From Octopus vulgaris (Eukaryota): a stretch of DNA of 64,000 bases. The notes beneath the pieces are model-generated. The model had not been told where the DNA came from. It ran no database searches and was given only the letters and a program-made list of their open reading frames with translations. The DNA lies in assembly GCA_951406725.2 (NCBI GenBank), contig OX597833.1, positions 6,386,001 to 6,450,000 of the forward strand. Reading direction: 5' to 3'. Of the stretch, positions 26,455 to 40,307 are shown in pieces (position 1 is the stretch's first letter; each line of letters starts with the position of its first letter). The translations under genes and the position numbers were made by a program.

Positions 26455-29400
26455 GTGTGTGTACATATATGTGTGTGTGTACATATATGTGTGTGTGTGT
26501 GTATATATATATATGTGTGTGTGTATATATGTGTGTGTACATATGTGTGTGTGTACATATGTGTGTGTGTACATATGTGTGTGTGTACATATATGTGTGT
26601 GTGTACATATATGTGTGTGTGTACATATGTGTGTGTGTGTACATATGTGTGTGTGTGTACATATGTGTGTGTGTGTGTACATATGTGTGTGTGTGTACAT
26701 ATGTGTGTGTGTGTGTACATATGTGTGTGTGTGTACATATGTGTGTGTGTGTACATATATATGTGTGTGTTTGTGTACATATATATGTGTGTGTTTGTGT
26801 ATATATATATTATAAGGTTGTGAGTTTGATTCTAATACTGTGCCGTCTTTGAGTAGAGCCCTCACTTCCAGCTGTCTCATCCCCAAGTGCTGAATGGGAG
26901 GACTGAGGTGGTGTCTGTCTGCCTACAACTTTACAAGCACTCAAAACAGTCAGTGAAAGTGTAGTGGTACAAGCTTCCTAGTTATACTCTCTTGCAATTA
27001 ACAATTAAGCAATGAACTAGAACTTAACATAATGAGGTTTAGCTAATTAATTGTGCCGTTCTCTCCAAAGCTGGTGTTTTTAATTAAGCTTCTCCCTATT
27101 TCTGTATTGAATTTCAGAGGATGATAGTGTATTTTTGCAGTTTAATTTAAATGTAAATGGTGTACGTGATGTACATGAAAGTTTGGAGCAAGAAACCACT
27201 GGAGGAAGCCAGCCATGTTCTGAGGAATCACCTACAAAAGAAGTAAGTGAAATAGTTCTGTGTGACGAGAAGAAGATTTGGTGGTGGTGGTGGTGGTATT
27301 GGTAATAGAGGCAGCATTCTTGTTTTTTATGCTGGCATTGGTTAGATGAGACTTGTTAAGGCAGTGTTCTATGACTGGGTCTCTTTCCTGACACCAACCC
27401 TCGTTTTGCATATAAAGTACTTTACTCCATGTCTTCACACATCGAACTACCAAGCTACTGGTTTCATCATCATCATCATCATCATTTAACGTCCGCTTTC
27501 CATGCTAGCATGGGTTGGACGATTTTGACTGAGGACTGGCAAACCAGATGGCTGCACCAGGCCCCAATCTTAATCTGGCAAAGTTTCTACAGCTGGATGC
27601 CCTTCCTAACGCCAACCACTCCGAGAGTGTAGTGGGTGCTTTTTACATGCCACTGAGTGACAGTGTCGCTGCCGCTCAAGTAGTGTTAATGTGAAGACAA
27701 GTATATACATATATATATATATCATTTTTAACATCTACTTTGCTATGCTTGCATGAATCAGATAAGATTACATCAGAGTAGTGTTCTATGGCCTGATATC
27801 AGCCTTTGTTTCCAAGCAAAGTAATAATTTCTCAGTCTGTTGATTAACAAACAGCCAAGGCATTGTTACGTAAAGTACTTTGTTTGCAAAGAATTGCAGT
27901 TATGTCAAGAAGCCTGACACATGCCTTTGAGGTGGACTGTGAACATATGACATCACCTGAATGTCTGGGTGAACAGTGAGGCTTCTGTTTACAGTCAGCG
28001 AACGCACGTGAAGATGAGAAATATGGACTCGCTCCAGGAAACACGACTCTCTCTCTCAAACCGATCAGTTTTTGCCTAAGGTATTGGTCAACCTGTGTCT
28101 GTAGTAAAGGATACCAGTCTACACAATCGGACTGAACCCCTGTCTATATGTATGGCAGGCTTCTGTACAGTCTCCATCTATTAAATTTCATGCACAAGAC
28201 ATTGATCAACTGGAGACTATAGGAAAGGACACTGACTGAAGGGTCCCAGGGAATTGCGTCTGAAACTATTTGGTTGTGATGTGATCTTCTCAATACCATG
28301 TTGAGAAATTTCTGTCAATATATTTAGATCAAGCAAAGGGCAGCTGTCTTCCCCTTAACCCTAGCCTATTTCTTTTTTGTTTCGTTTTTGATGTATTGTA
28401 AAGAAAAAATTTTAAAAACCTTGTTTTGTGTCTTTTTCCAGATTTGGTTCAACAAACTGCCTCCGATCATGACGTTTATGCTAACACGCTATGATTATAA
28501 CAAACAATTACAACGGTCAGAGAAGCTACACAGCAAGCTAGAGTTTCCCCAAGTACTCTTTATGGATAGGTAAGCTGTGCTTTACTGTCAGACAAGTTGC
28601 AACCTTGTTACAGCAGTTCATGTTACCTCTCTGAGATAAGGTTTCTGCCATAATCATTCACCAGCTAGACAAGTTCTGTGCTGTATCCACCCAACAAAGC
28701 GAGATCTGTGTCATGCCCACCCTGCGAGGCGAGATCTGTGTCGCGCTCGCCCCGTGAGGAGATCTGTGTTGCACATGCTTCTCCCCGCATGGCAGGATCT
28801 GTGTCACGCCCGCTCCGCGAGGCAGGATCTGTGTCGAACCCACCCTGCAAGGAAGGATCTGTTACACCCGCCCTGCGAGGTGGGATCTGTGTCACACCCG
28901 TCCCACAAGGCGGGATCTGTGTCGTACCTGCCCTGCGAGGCGGGATCTGTGTTGCGCCTGCCCCGCGAGGCAGGATCTGTGTCGCACCCACCCTGCAAGG
29001 AAGGATCTGTTACACCCGCCCCGCGAGGTGGGATCTGTGTCATGCCCGCCCAGCGAGGCAGGATCTGTGTCACGCCTGCCCCACGAGGCAGGATCTGTGT
29101 CACACCCACCACAGTGGGCCCGATTTATGCTATACTTTCTGAACATAAATTGTGTTAAAAGAATTTTGAGCTATCTTCTTCTCAGACTAGTTTGGTTTCA
29201 TAGCTGACTGGTTTACTTTATGAATATAGGCCAAACAAAGCCGAATTGTCCCATTGACACATATTGCAATTATGAAACCTATTTTATTTGTGCTGACCTG
29301 GAAAAATCATTTTGTCATCTCGATTTCTTACACCATTATAATTGCTCAGGTGGCGAAGTTGTTTACTTTTCTGATTGTTCAATATTAAGTTTATAGCTCA

Positions 29401-32400
29401 CAGCACATATTGTGCTGTCTCTGACTGTCACACCTGTACTAGATCAGCAAACTAGGTGGCTTTTCCATCAACCATTGTGTTCTCTTGGTAAGATGTTCCA
29501 CTTCACAAAACCTTTGTTCTAAATTTAAATATTTCTCGAGTTACCTTTGCTGTTCATCCACTCAAGCTGCTTGCATGGGTTCCTGTCACTCTCTGCGACC
29601 ACCCTGTTCTCTTATTCATATTTGAATTGGCAGCTTGGGTCCTAATGAATCTTACATTAATCAATTGCACAACCATGAATGCCACTTGTATGGATGCGCT
29701 TTAGTTAAATCTCTTGATAGAGCTTGCTCATCCTGACCACTCATCTTCTTGCATTCCTCTGTTCAGCCTCAATGTAAGAAACATCATTGGCTCAGTTGAT
29801 CTCTTCTGCTACTTCATCACAACCCATCGTGCTGCAGTCCCATGACTTCACCATATCCATGGTAGGGTGTCTAAATGGGTACTATTCCTTGCCACGGGGT
29901 ATAATTTTTCACTCCATGTGGTATTTCCAAAATATCTGCATATCCTTTTGCAAGGTTAATAAAAATAAATACTGGAGTCAGAATTTGTAATTTTTGTGAC
30001 AAAAATATTATTAAAGTGGTGAACCAATAGAATTGTTAGCATGTTGAACAAAATGCTTAGCAGCATTTCTTCTGGTTCATATCCTGAGTTCAAATCCTAC
30101 CATGGTCAGCTATGATTTTTATGCTTTTGTGGGTTGCCAAGTACAAGGGGCAATGATGTTGATTAACACTCCCTTTCCAACCCTTTATCTTTCACATCCT
30201 TGTGCATAATCCAAACGTTTATCATTATTTTGTCCCTTAGCTAATACCTAAGAATACAAACTTTTAGTACAATTTTTGGCAATCTCTTTAAGAATTTCTT
30301 CCACTTGCTTCCTGGGAATGATCCGATTCTCATCTATTTTCCATGCTGGCATGGGTTAGATGGTTTGACTGGTGCTGTTAAAACGGGGAGCTGTACCTGG
30401 CTCTAGTCTGTTTTGGCCTGGGTTTTAGGGCTGGATGCCCTTCCTAATGCCAACCACTCCACAGTGTATACTGTGTGTCTTTTACACGTCCCCGGCACTG
30501 ACCACTGACCATGGCTTCACTTAGCTTCATGTGTGTTCTCAAGCACAGCAAATCGCTAGAAGCCTTGGTCATATGTCATCACTTCTGTGAGACTCAACAA
30601 TTGAAGGTCATGCTTCAGCACCTCATCCTATGTCTTCCTGGGTCTACCTCTGCCACAGGTTCCCCCCACAATTGGAGATTGGCATTCTTTATGCAGCTGC
30701 CCTCATCCATACACATTCTGTTTTGCACATTTGTGTGTGTGTGTGTGTAAATTGTATATACTTGTGTAAGTGTGTGTGTGTCTATATGGTTTCAGATGTG
30801 TGTGACTGTATGTGAATGGAATATTAGACCCTGTCTGTGTATTTATTGCTGTCATTCTAGATATATGCATATCAACAAGACTGAGACGAAAAAGAGACGC
30901 GAAGATTCGAAAAAACTCCGTGAACAACTGCAAACCTTGCAAGCAAAATTAGACACGTGAGTTCACCTCTCTCTCACTCTCTCATTCTCTCTTTCTTTCT
31001 CTCTCTCACTCTCTCTCTCTTTCTTTCACTCTCTCTCTTTCTTTCACTCTCTCTCTTTCTTTCACTCTCTCTCTCTCTCTCTTTTTCTCTCTCCCTTTCT
31101 CTCTCTCTCTCTCTTTTTCTCTCTCTCTTTCTTTCTCTCTCTTTCTTTCTCTCTCTCTCTTTCTTTCTCTCTCTCACTCTCTCCTCTCCAGTACGGATTG
31201 TTATTAAATAGTTCACATTTTCTTTGTATTTCTAACCAGTAAGCCATCATCATCGTCTTAATATCCATGTTTTTCCATTGCTTGTTTCCAAGTCAGACAT
31301 TTCCCTAGGGACTTCTTTTCATGGAAGATCAGTGATGACAAACACCCCTTGTCTGATGGTGACATTTGTTTACAACTGTCATGTAATGTTGAGATGAGGA
31401 ATGACATACATACACTTATATGCATACACAAGCACTTGCAACAAGCTTCTTTCAGTTTCCATTTGTCAGATGTGCTCACAAGGCTTTGGTCAACCCAATA
31501 GAAAATACCCAAGTTGCACAGCAGTACCGAACCTGAAACGGCATGGTTCCAAACCAACCTTCTTAACCACACAGCCAGGACTCTGAAAATTATCCTTTAG
31601 CAAGTTCAGCTACTGATGGATGCAGGGGAAGCTGTTCAACTTTAATTCATTCCCTTTGAGATTAGGCTCTGATGTGGCTGTGTGGTAAGAAGCTTGCTTC
31701 CAAAGCACATGGTCCCAGGTTCAGTTCCACTGCATGGCACCTTGGGCAAGTGTCTTCTACTATAGCTCTAGGCCAACCAAAGCCCTGAGTGGATTTGGTA
31801 GGTGAAAACTGAAAGAAGCCTGTCGTGTGTCTGTATGTGTCCCACTACTTGACAACTGGTGTGTTTATGCCCTGTAACTTAGCAGTTTAGCAAAAGAGGC
31901 TGATGAAACAAATACCAGGCTTCAAAAGAAATAAGTCCTAGGGTCGATTCATTTGACTAAAAATTCTTCACGGCAGTGCCCCAGCCTGGCCACAGTCTAA
32001 TGACTGAAACAAGTAAAATATAAAATATTAAAACGGTCACCTGTAAAAGACACTACTCCGCTGATACCCCAGAATAATCAGTCCTTGATTGAACATTTGT
32101 GTCTCTTTGTGTTTTTGATACTCAAACTTTCTGATGTTTTTTTTTTCAGCTTTATTAATTATGGGTCTGGAAGGAAGAGGGTCCCTCTGCAAGATGTCTT
32201 GCAGTATGCTTTAGAATTTGCCGAGAGTAAGAGAGGCTGTGATGATACTCCTGTGAAAGACAACAGTGGTTTCAACGATGTTGAAATGGTGTCTCCGAAA
32301 CCATCGACGTCTGGGTAAGTGATCTGGAATTCTTCAGTTGAAGATTCAATTGATTGCGTTTTCATTCAGACAGAATAGATTTTGTGTGTGCAGGGAATGT

Positions 32401-35400
32401 AGTTATATAGACATCAAGAGGCAACTCCACAGTTCACTTTCTGGCAGTTTTCTTAATCAGTTTTCTAATTTTTATTTTTTCTGTTTTTCATTTATTTTGT
32501 TTGTTTTCATCATCATCATTTAACGTCCGCTTTCCATGCTGGCATGGGTTGGACGGTTCAACTGGGGTCTGGGGAGCCCGAAGGCTGCACCAGGCCAGTC
32601 AGATCTGGCAGTGTTTCTACAGCTGGATGCCCTTCCTAACGCCAACCACTCCGAGAGTGTAGTGGGTGTTTTTATGTGCCACCGACACAGGTGCCAGACG
32701 AGGCTGGCGAACGGCCACGCTCGGATGGTGTTTTTATGTGCCACCGACACAGGTGCCAGACGAGGAATGTAATTCCTTCCATGTGTTGAGGTAAGAACAG
32801 CAAGATGATTAGTTGCCGACAGTCATTGCAGAGTGAAAATTTAGCCTGTATTGGTTTGTTTTCATCTCTTAGGTAGGGCTTTGGAATAAATAACAGATTA
32901 ACAAGTAATATGGTTTAATAACAAATAGCAGATAGACAAAAAGGTGTAGTCTAGTGGTTGAGAATAAATAGCTGGGAGACAAGAGTTGTTTGTAGATTAA
33001 GTAGGAGATACGTAAGAATTGTTTGGTTTAGAATAAATAGTGGATGGATTAAAGGGTCATGTGGTCTGGAATATAAGATTAAAGTGTCGTTTAATTTAAA
33101 ATAAATAGGAGATGGATTAAACAGTGGGTTGGGGCTTTTCAAACCAGTTCTGTTTGATTTAACAGTTTTGGCATTGAATTTAACCAGAAAATCCTCATCA
33201 TTTAATGTTTTCCATGCTGGCACGAGCTGGACAGGTGCTGGCATGCCAGGGGATTGCACCAAACATCTGCTTAGGCTTAGTTTCTATGGCTGGATGCCCT
33301 TCCTAACGAGTTTATCGATGTGTTCCATTGTGAAATATATTTGTGAGAATCTGGGACATATTCTTATTTGGTATTCTGACATAATAATTTCCAAAAGAAA
33401 CAGAAATAACTGTGTTTTGAATATAAATATAAATAGTTGTAATGTTTTCTTTCTTTTTTTTGTTTTTTTTCTCTTTCCCTGTTTTTTCCAGCAGTGTTGG
33501 TTCAGAGACACTAGATCAAGCATCTCCTCATATTAATTCACCTCCAGTCAGTCCTATGTTGACCATCAAGGTACCTAACCCAGCCCCTAAAAATATATCT
33601 GAAAGCGAGCTTCAAGTTCTGCAGGATTGCTTATGTCGGTGGCGAACTGAAGTAGAGAATGAAGTAAGAGGTACGTATATGCAAAACTGCTCACTTTTAA
33701 TTAGTTCTTTAATTATTTCCACTTAGCACCATAATAATGGCATACTCAGGGTTTTTTCTCACATCTACTTCCCAAACTAGGAAATATATTTTTACTAGCA
33801 GCATAGCCCGGCGTCGCCCGGGTATGTAAGGCGTCCCCTAGACAGTCTGTGGTTTGTGTTTAATACAAAATGGCATGATTTTATCGATTTTGCTGGTGGT
33901 AAGGTAGTGTATGGAAAACTAACGTCAGAATTAAGTTTCTTAGGGTAACATTAAGCTTCACCATGAGATTGGTGAAAATCAATTGCAAGTTGCGAAAACA
34001 GAAAATGTGTTGCATATGAAAAGCTTAGATTGTTGACCCCATGTCGAATTTATCAATCTTTTTCAGAACTGGGGGAACTTTTCAAAATTTTCCCTGCGTT
34101 AGTTTTGAATTATGACATTGGGCTAAGTGTGTGTCAAGTTTCATCAGAATCGGTTGAAAGCCGTGGTCAGGTCGAGGGTACAACCTGACAGACACACAGA
34201 CAAACTGCCATTTATATAGAGAGAGATGATATAATGATGTGATAACATGTGTGTGTATTAAAGAATATAATCTTTTGAAACAGCTTGATTTGGCTCTATA
34301 CAACATACTCATCTGGTTGACAGAACAACTGGATGCTGATCCATGGAAATTGACATGACAATCTATTATTGAATATGGGTGTGGTATGTTTTCTATACAG
34401 TAGTCGGATAGTCTTTATATGAGGAGGTGCAATGACCCGGTGGCTAGGGCAGCAGACTCATGATCACAGGATCGCAGTTTTGACTCCCAGACTGGGCATT
34501 GTGTTTATTCAGCAAAAACCCCTCAAGCTCCACAAGGCTCTGGCAGCAGGTGGCGGTGAACCCTGCTGTACTCTTTCACCAAAACCTACTCTCACTCTTT
34601 CTTCCTGTTTCTGTTGTACCTGTATTTGTCATGCTGAATCTCCCTGAGAACTATGTTAAGGGTACACGTGTCTGTAGAGTGCTCAGCCACTTGCACGTTA
34701 ATTTCACGAACAGGCTGTTCCGTTGATCGGATCAACTGGAACCTTAGTCGTTGCAACCGACGGAGTGCCATGATTCTTTATATAGTGGTTGGATGCTCTC
34801 TATATTCTGATCATCATCGTCATTTAACATCCATTTCCCATGCTGGCGTGGGTTGGACAGCCTGACAGGAGGCCACGCCAGGTTCCGTAGTTGTTTTGGT
34901 TTGGTTTCTATGGCTGGATGCCCTTCCTAACGATCTTTTCATTTAAATAATCAGTATTCTAAGTGTTTACTGTTTTACATGTAAAAATGAAGACACAAAA
35001 CACTCAAGTCTAAACATTAGTGAAAATTACTTGGATGTTGATGGGAGTGGCTAAATTTCAGAATTCGGATGGGAGGGGTTGGGGGAGTGGTTATAATTCA
35101 GATGTCACAGTTACTGTTTATCTGGTGAGAAAAGTTACAAGTTCAAATCTTACTGCAGGCATTGTTTTGTGACAATTTTTGGGGCAAAAAAAACATTACT
35201 TACCACTCTGTTTGTCTTGGTTTGCTTGACTGACGGAATGTCCCACCCTAGTGTCTCAGCATTTTTCGAGAACCTTATGAAGGCAAGGTTTGGGTGGTAG
35301 TGGTAGGGGTTTATAACAGTCCCAATGTGTTAATCTGTTGTTGTTTATTTTCTAGAACTGCAAGAAAATATAAGTATTTTGGAGAGCAAGATCAACGAAA

Positions 35401-38400
35401 TGTACAGTGATGCTGGCATGCAGAAGGTATGGCATACTTTGTATTGGGATAAATAAATGTAGTAGTAGTAGTAGTAATAGCATTGGTAGTTATTGTGGTA
35501 GTAGTAGTAGTGACAGTAATGGATTAAATTATGTGGTAATATATTATGTCATAGTATAACTATCTGTTATCATTTAATGTCCAGTTTGACTAAAAACTTG
35601 TAAGCTGGGGCAGTGGGTAAATGGGGGTGGTGATTACATCTGGTTCTGATCTGATTAGGCAAGGTTTCTATGGCTGGATGCCCTTCCTAATGCCAGCCAC
35701 TTTGAGAGTCATCATCATCGTTTAACGTCCGTTTTCCAGGCTAGCACGGGTTGGACGGTTCGACCGGGACCTGGGGAGCCAGAAGGCTGCACCAGGCTCC
35801 AATCTGATCTGGCAGTTTCTACAGCTGGATGCCCTTCCTAACGCCAACCACTCCATGAGTGTAGTGGGTGCTTTTTACGTGCCAGGCAAGGCTGGCAGTG
35901 GCCACAATCAGTTGGTGCTTTTTACGTGCCACCAGCACAGTGGGTATTTATGTGCCACCGGCATGAGTTCCAATGTCCTGACACTGGCATCAGTCACGAG
36001 ACTACAGCCTCACTTGGCTTGATAGGTCAACACAAGCAGGGTGTATATCCAAAGGTCTCAGTCACCTGTCACTGCCTCCATGAGCCCCAACACTCAAACG
36101 GTGCTTTTTATGTGCCACTGGCACAAGTGCCATAAACTACATTTTTAACAGCCTTTGTTAATTACCATGTAATTAATTCTACAATGAGAACATGTTTAGA
36201 ATTCCTTTAGGTAATAATTAAATTATGTAGTAATTAGAATGATGGCAACATGTACAGAACTAATTAATGTGGTAATTACAACTTAGATCTTATCCATTTA
36301 ATAAGTTCATTTGTAACAACATATGATGGATTAGATTTATGTGTTAATTACGTTTATAACAACATAATGAAGACCTAGTAGTAATTACAATAATAGTAAC
36401 ATGTATGTAAAGAGCTAATTAATGTGGTAATTATAATTAAAGCAGGATGTACATTTATGTAATTACATTTATAGCATCATAGGTAAAATGAAAGTGCTAA
36501 TTACTGTCGTAACAACATATGTAGAACTAATTAAGGTCTTAATTACAATCATAACACATGCAGGGTTAATTTATTAACATGGTAATTAGCTTACCCTTTT
36601 AACATTTAACCTGGCCTTATCCAGTCCAAATATTCTACATGTTTTTCTGTTCAAACCAACGAGATCTGGCCTTTCTCACTTACTCTACAATGTCATTCTG
36701 AAAAGGATCACATCATTACTTTCAAAGATACAAGAAAGTGCAAAATTAATTCAAAACAATCTGAATAAATAAGCATTACATTAGACAAAGTAATCTGGAT
36801 GCTAATGGGTTAACGAGTTTTTTTCATATAGACTAAGAAATTAGACGTAGACTAAAAAATGTGGGATTGAACCGGGAACTGATTTTTTACACTTGCTTAC
36901 ACACACACACACAAGACTCATTTGATGTTTTTTTATGTTCTTTTACAGTACCCCTACCATTTGCATGCTGTCCTTGTCCACGAGGGCCAAACAGCATCTG
37001 GTCACTACTGGGCTTACATCTTTGACTTGAAGAAACAGCGCTGGCTGAAGTTTAATGACATAACCGTGAGTGAAGCGACTTGGGAGGAGTTAGAGAAAGA
37101 GAGTGTTGGTGGCTACCACAATGCCACGGCTTACTGTCTCATTTACATTGACCAAAACCGAGCTGATATGAAAACAGGTGAGTTTTGTGGATCTTTAGTT
37201 CTGATTCTTCATTCTCTTCTAACTCTTTTCTTCAGTAATGGTCAGTTTGTGTATTTGAATAGTAGTGTTTGGAAGGACATCCAGTCTGAGACAACATGCC
37301 AGAGTTGACACTGGAGCTTGTTGCAGCCCTACCACTTGCTGGATACTGTCAGGCCATTCAACCGATGGGAAGCTGACAGTAAATGGTGATGATGATGGCA
37401 AAGTTGTTTGTGTACTTGATAGAATGTCTTGAGGTATTTGGTGTGATTCTGTGCATTCTGAGTTCAAATCACACCAGGGAGGTCAACTTTGCTTGTCATC
37501 CTTTCAAGGTTGACAAAATGCCAATATAGGGCAATGGATTGGCAGAAACTATTCTAGCATTGGAAGGGGATACCTTCTGGCTCTTTGCAATAACTGCAAT
37601 GACACCAATACCAGAATGTATGAGCCTTGCCTTTATCATTTGATAGGTAAGGGGTAACTAGTGGTCTTTTACTGAAAAAAAAAAACTTTGCTTGGGCCTT
37701 GTAGGGGCCTTTTTCAAGAGTGTAGCCATCATCTTGTGAGGCATATGATGACCAAAATGGAGAGGAGTACACACGTACACACTTCTAAAGTAATTCATTT
37801 TGCCACTATCTGTTCTTTGCTATGAATTAGAAAGGGCATCCAGCCTTGGCAATGAAACCAAATGACTCATGGAAGCATCAGTCTGTAGGAGCAGTAGCTC
37901 CCAATTAGAAATCACTTGAATTGTGACAAACCCTCTAACCCCTGCTGGCCTGGAATGTAAAATGCTTCTGCTGCTGCTGACTTTATATGTTCACTATTCT
38001 TAAACTCTGAGTAGTCACTGTACTCCATTTACCATGGCTGTGTGGTTAGGGAGCTTGCTTCCTAACTACATGGTTTCAGGTTCAGTCCCACTGCATGGCA
38101 CTTTGGGTAGGTGTCTTCCGCTATGGCCCGGAGCTTTGTGATTGAATTCGGTAAGTGGGAGTTACTGCCGTGTGTGTATGTGTGCGTGTAGGTGCTCAGT
38201 GCCTCTCCGAAAGAGAGAGAGGGTAATTATTTCCTTATGCTTTTGGCATCATTAAGTGAAAGTAGCTGATATAAATCTCTCAAACTTCAGTTTTGGCTTT
38301 GTCCTGTTTTGGTTTCTGAAGTCATCCTGAAGAATTGTGATTTTTCTCTCCTTATTTAACTTCCTGGTTACACTAAACTTCTTCTCTTTTGTCTTAGACC

Positions 38401-40266
38401 TTCCGTATTTGTTCTGTCATCTCTGCACCTTTTGTCTCTTCGCAGTTAACGAGGACACGGCATCACCAATCTCACAGTTACCACCCTATCTCCAGCAGCT
38501 TGTTACTGAAGACAACCGAAAGTTTATGAAGGAAATTGAAGACTGGGACCGGGAGCAAATGAAGAAGATTGCGGCCTCGGCGGCAGCGGCGGCGTCCGCT
38601 GTCGGGGATCAAGAGATCAATCCAGTTTCAAAAAGTAAAAATAGTGAGCATTTTATGGCCTTGTGTTGAATCGGATTGTAGCCTTGTGTTGACTTGTCTT
38701 GAATTACGTTTGAATTGAATTTGAAATGTCTTTTTCTTTCTAGCACTTTTAGGATGTAGAGAAGGCAAAGTAGATGGGTCGACTACCATGTGGACTTTGT
38801 AAGCATGTGGGGGGAAATAGGCAGACTGTGGGGTGGATAAGTAGACAGTCTTATTGAGACAACCAGATGATTATGTGGACAGGTATTTGGTCGATTTGTA
38901 CATGGGTTGTTGCGTGTGTAGGTAAGGAAGCAGGCTGTTGCAAGTGCAGGTGAGTAGAGTGGCAGGATGCATGTGTGGGCTGCTACATGTGTGGGCAAGG
39001 ACAGCGGCCGTTGTGTGGATGTAGAGGCACTTATGCATGTGGTCAGTTGGACAAGCTTTTTGGATGACAGACACTGGTATGTGAACAGGTAGTGTTAAGT
39101 ATTGTTTTCTCTTTGAAAAGAAAGTTTGCAGTGGATCTAGTTTGTAATATTAATGATATTGTTAACTTGCTTCATGGTGGTGCACTAACACAGCTAACAC
39201 CTGAGGTCGTCTACTTTTGTTAGGATTGAGACAATTTTTTTTTACATGTTCTGATGTAAATCTATTTTGTCTGTCAGGTCAGAATGTAAGTACCCAAACA
39301 CAACAGCAACAGCAACAACCACAACAACAGCCACCACCGCCACAACCACCAGTACAAAGCCAGATGCAGTCTTTTGCCAAAAGAACGTCTCCGTTATCTG
39401 AAGTTCATGCTCAGTTGTCATTTCAACACACAATCAAAGCTCTTACTGCTGCTATGGAGGGAGAGGTGTTTGTAAAGAAAGGTGCTAATGCTGCCCTGAA
39501 TGAGGTAATCCTCTCCTATCACTCATTCCTCATCTACTTACAACTGTTGTGTTTGTTAACCCCTTTCACAGACCACCCCCCCACACCGTCCAGCAAGCAG
39601 TGTTTCTACTGTTGCATGTCTCACTATTAAAACTGTAAACCCAGCGGTCAGTTTATTAATCCTTTTGTAGTTATAGCTTCCATCTGTCTCTGTCTGGCAA
39701 TATTACAGCCTTATCTGTCTTGTATAAAAAAGAGTGGTTTAGTTTGCTTGAAGCCTTGTAGTGCAGTAGAAGAATAATGAACGAGATGAGGAATAGAGCT
39801 TCTAATGATGCAGAAAGTGTAAATAGAAAGTTGTTGACAGCCATCAGCCACCTTGCCGATGACTTCTACAGGAACACACACCACTATCAATGCCATCACC
39901 ATGGCACATACCACCATCTCCGACTACACCAATGTGGACTTCATCATTGTCATCACCAACTGCTGTTACTACCACAGCATTCTCCACCATGGACAATTGT
40001 CATTTACGACCACGACCACCACTGCTGCTGCTGCCAACCTACAGCCAGTCTCCACTGTTCCTCTACGACACCAATAACACCAGCATTTGGGGAGCTGTTG
40101 CTACTAACACCAGCACTGAACTATCTGAAAAGGCAGGATTTATGTGAATACGTTTCTTAGATTGTATTCTTCTTCTTCTGAAGATAGGCCTTTGTGCCTG
40201 AAGTATAGGCTTTTCTTTGTTTTTTTAAACTTTCTACATTGTTTGAAGCTTTCATTGTATCTTTTC

Positions 40267-40307
<41 letters not shown>

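Noticed and set aside
26343-26886. Overlapping 100-170 aa ORFs
   Set aside because: Products of the (GT)/(AT) compound microsatellite.
28658-29158. Repetitive ORFs and a CRISPR-like appearance
   Set aside because: Contiguous 30-bp units without unique spacers, no cas genes, eukaryotic intron; it is a minisatellite.
39777-40160. His/Thr-rich ORFs in intron 17
   Set aside because: Low-complexity CAC/CAT tract; exons 17 and 18 already join in frame.
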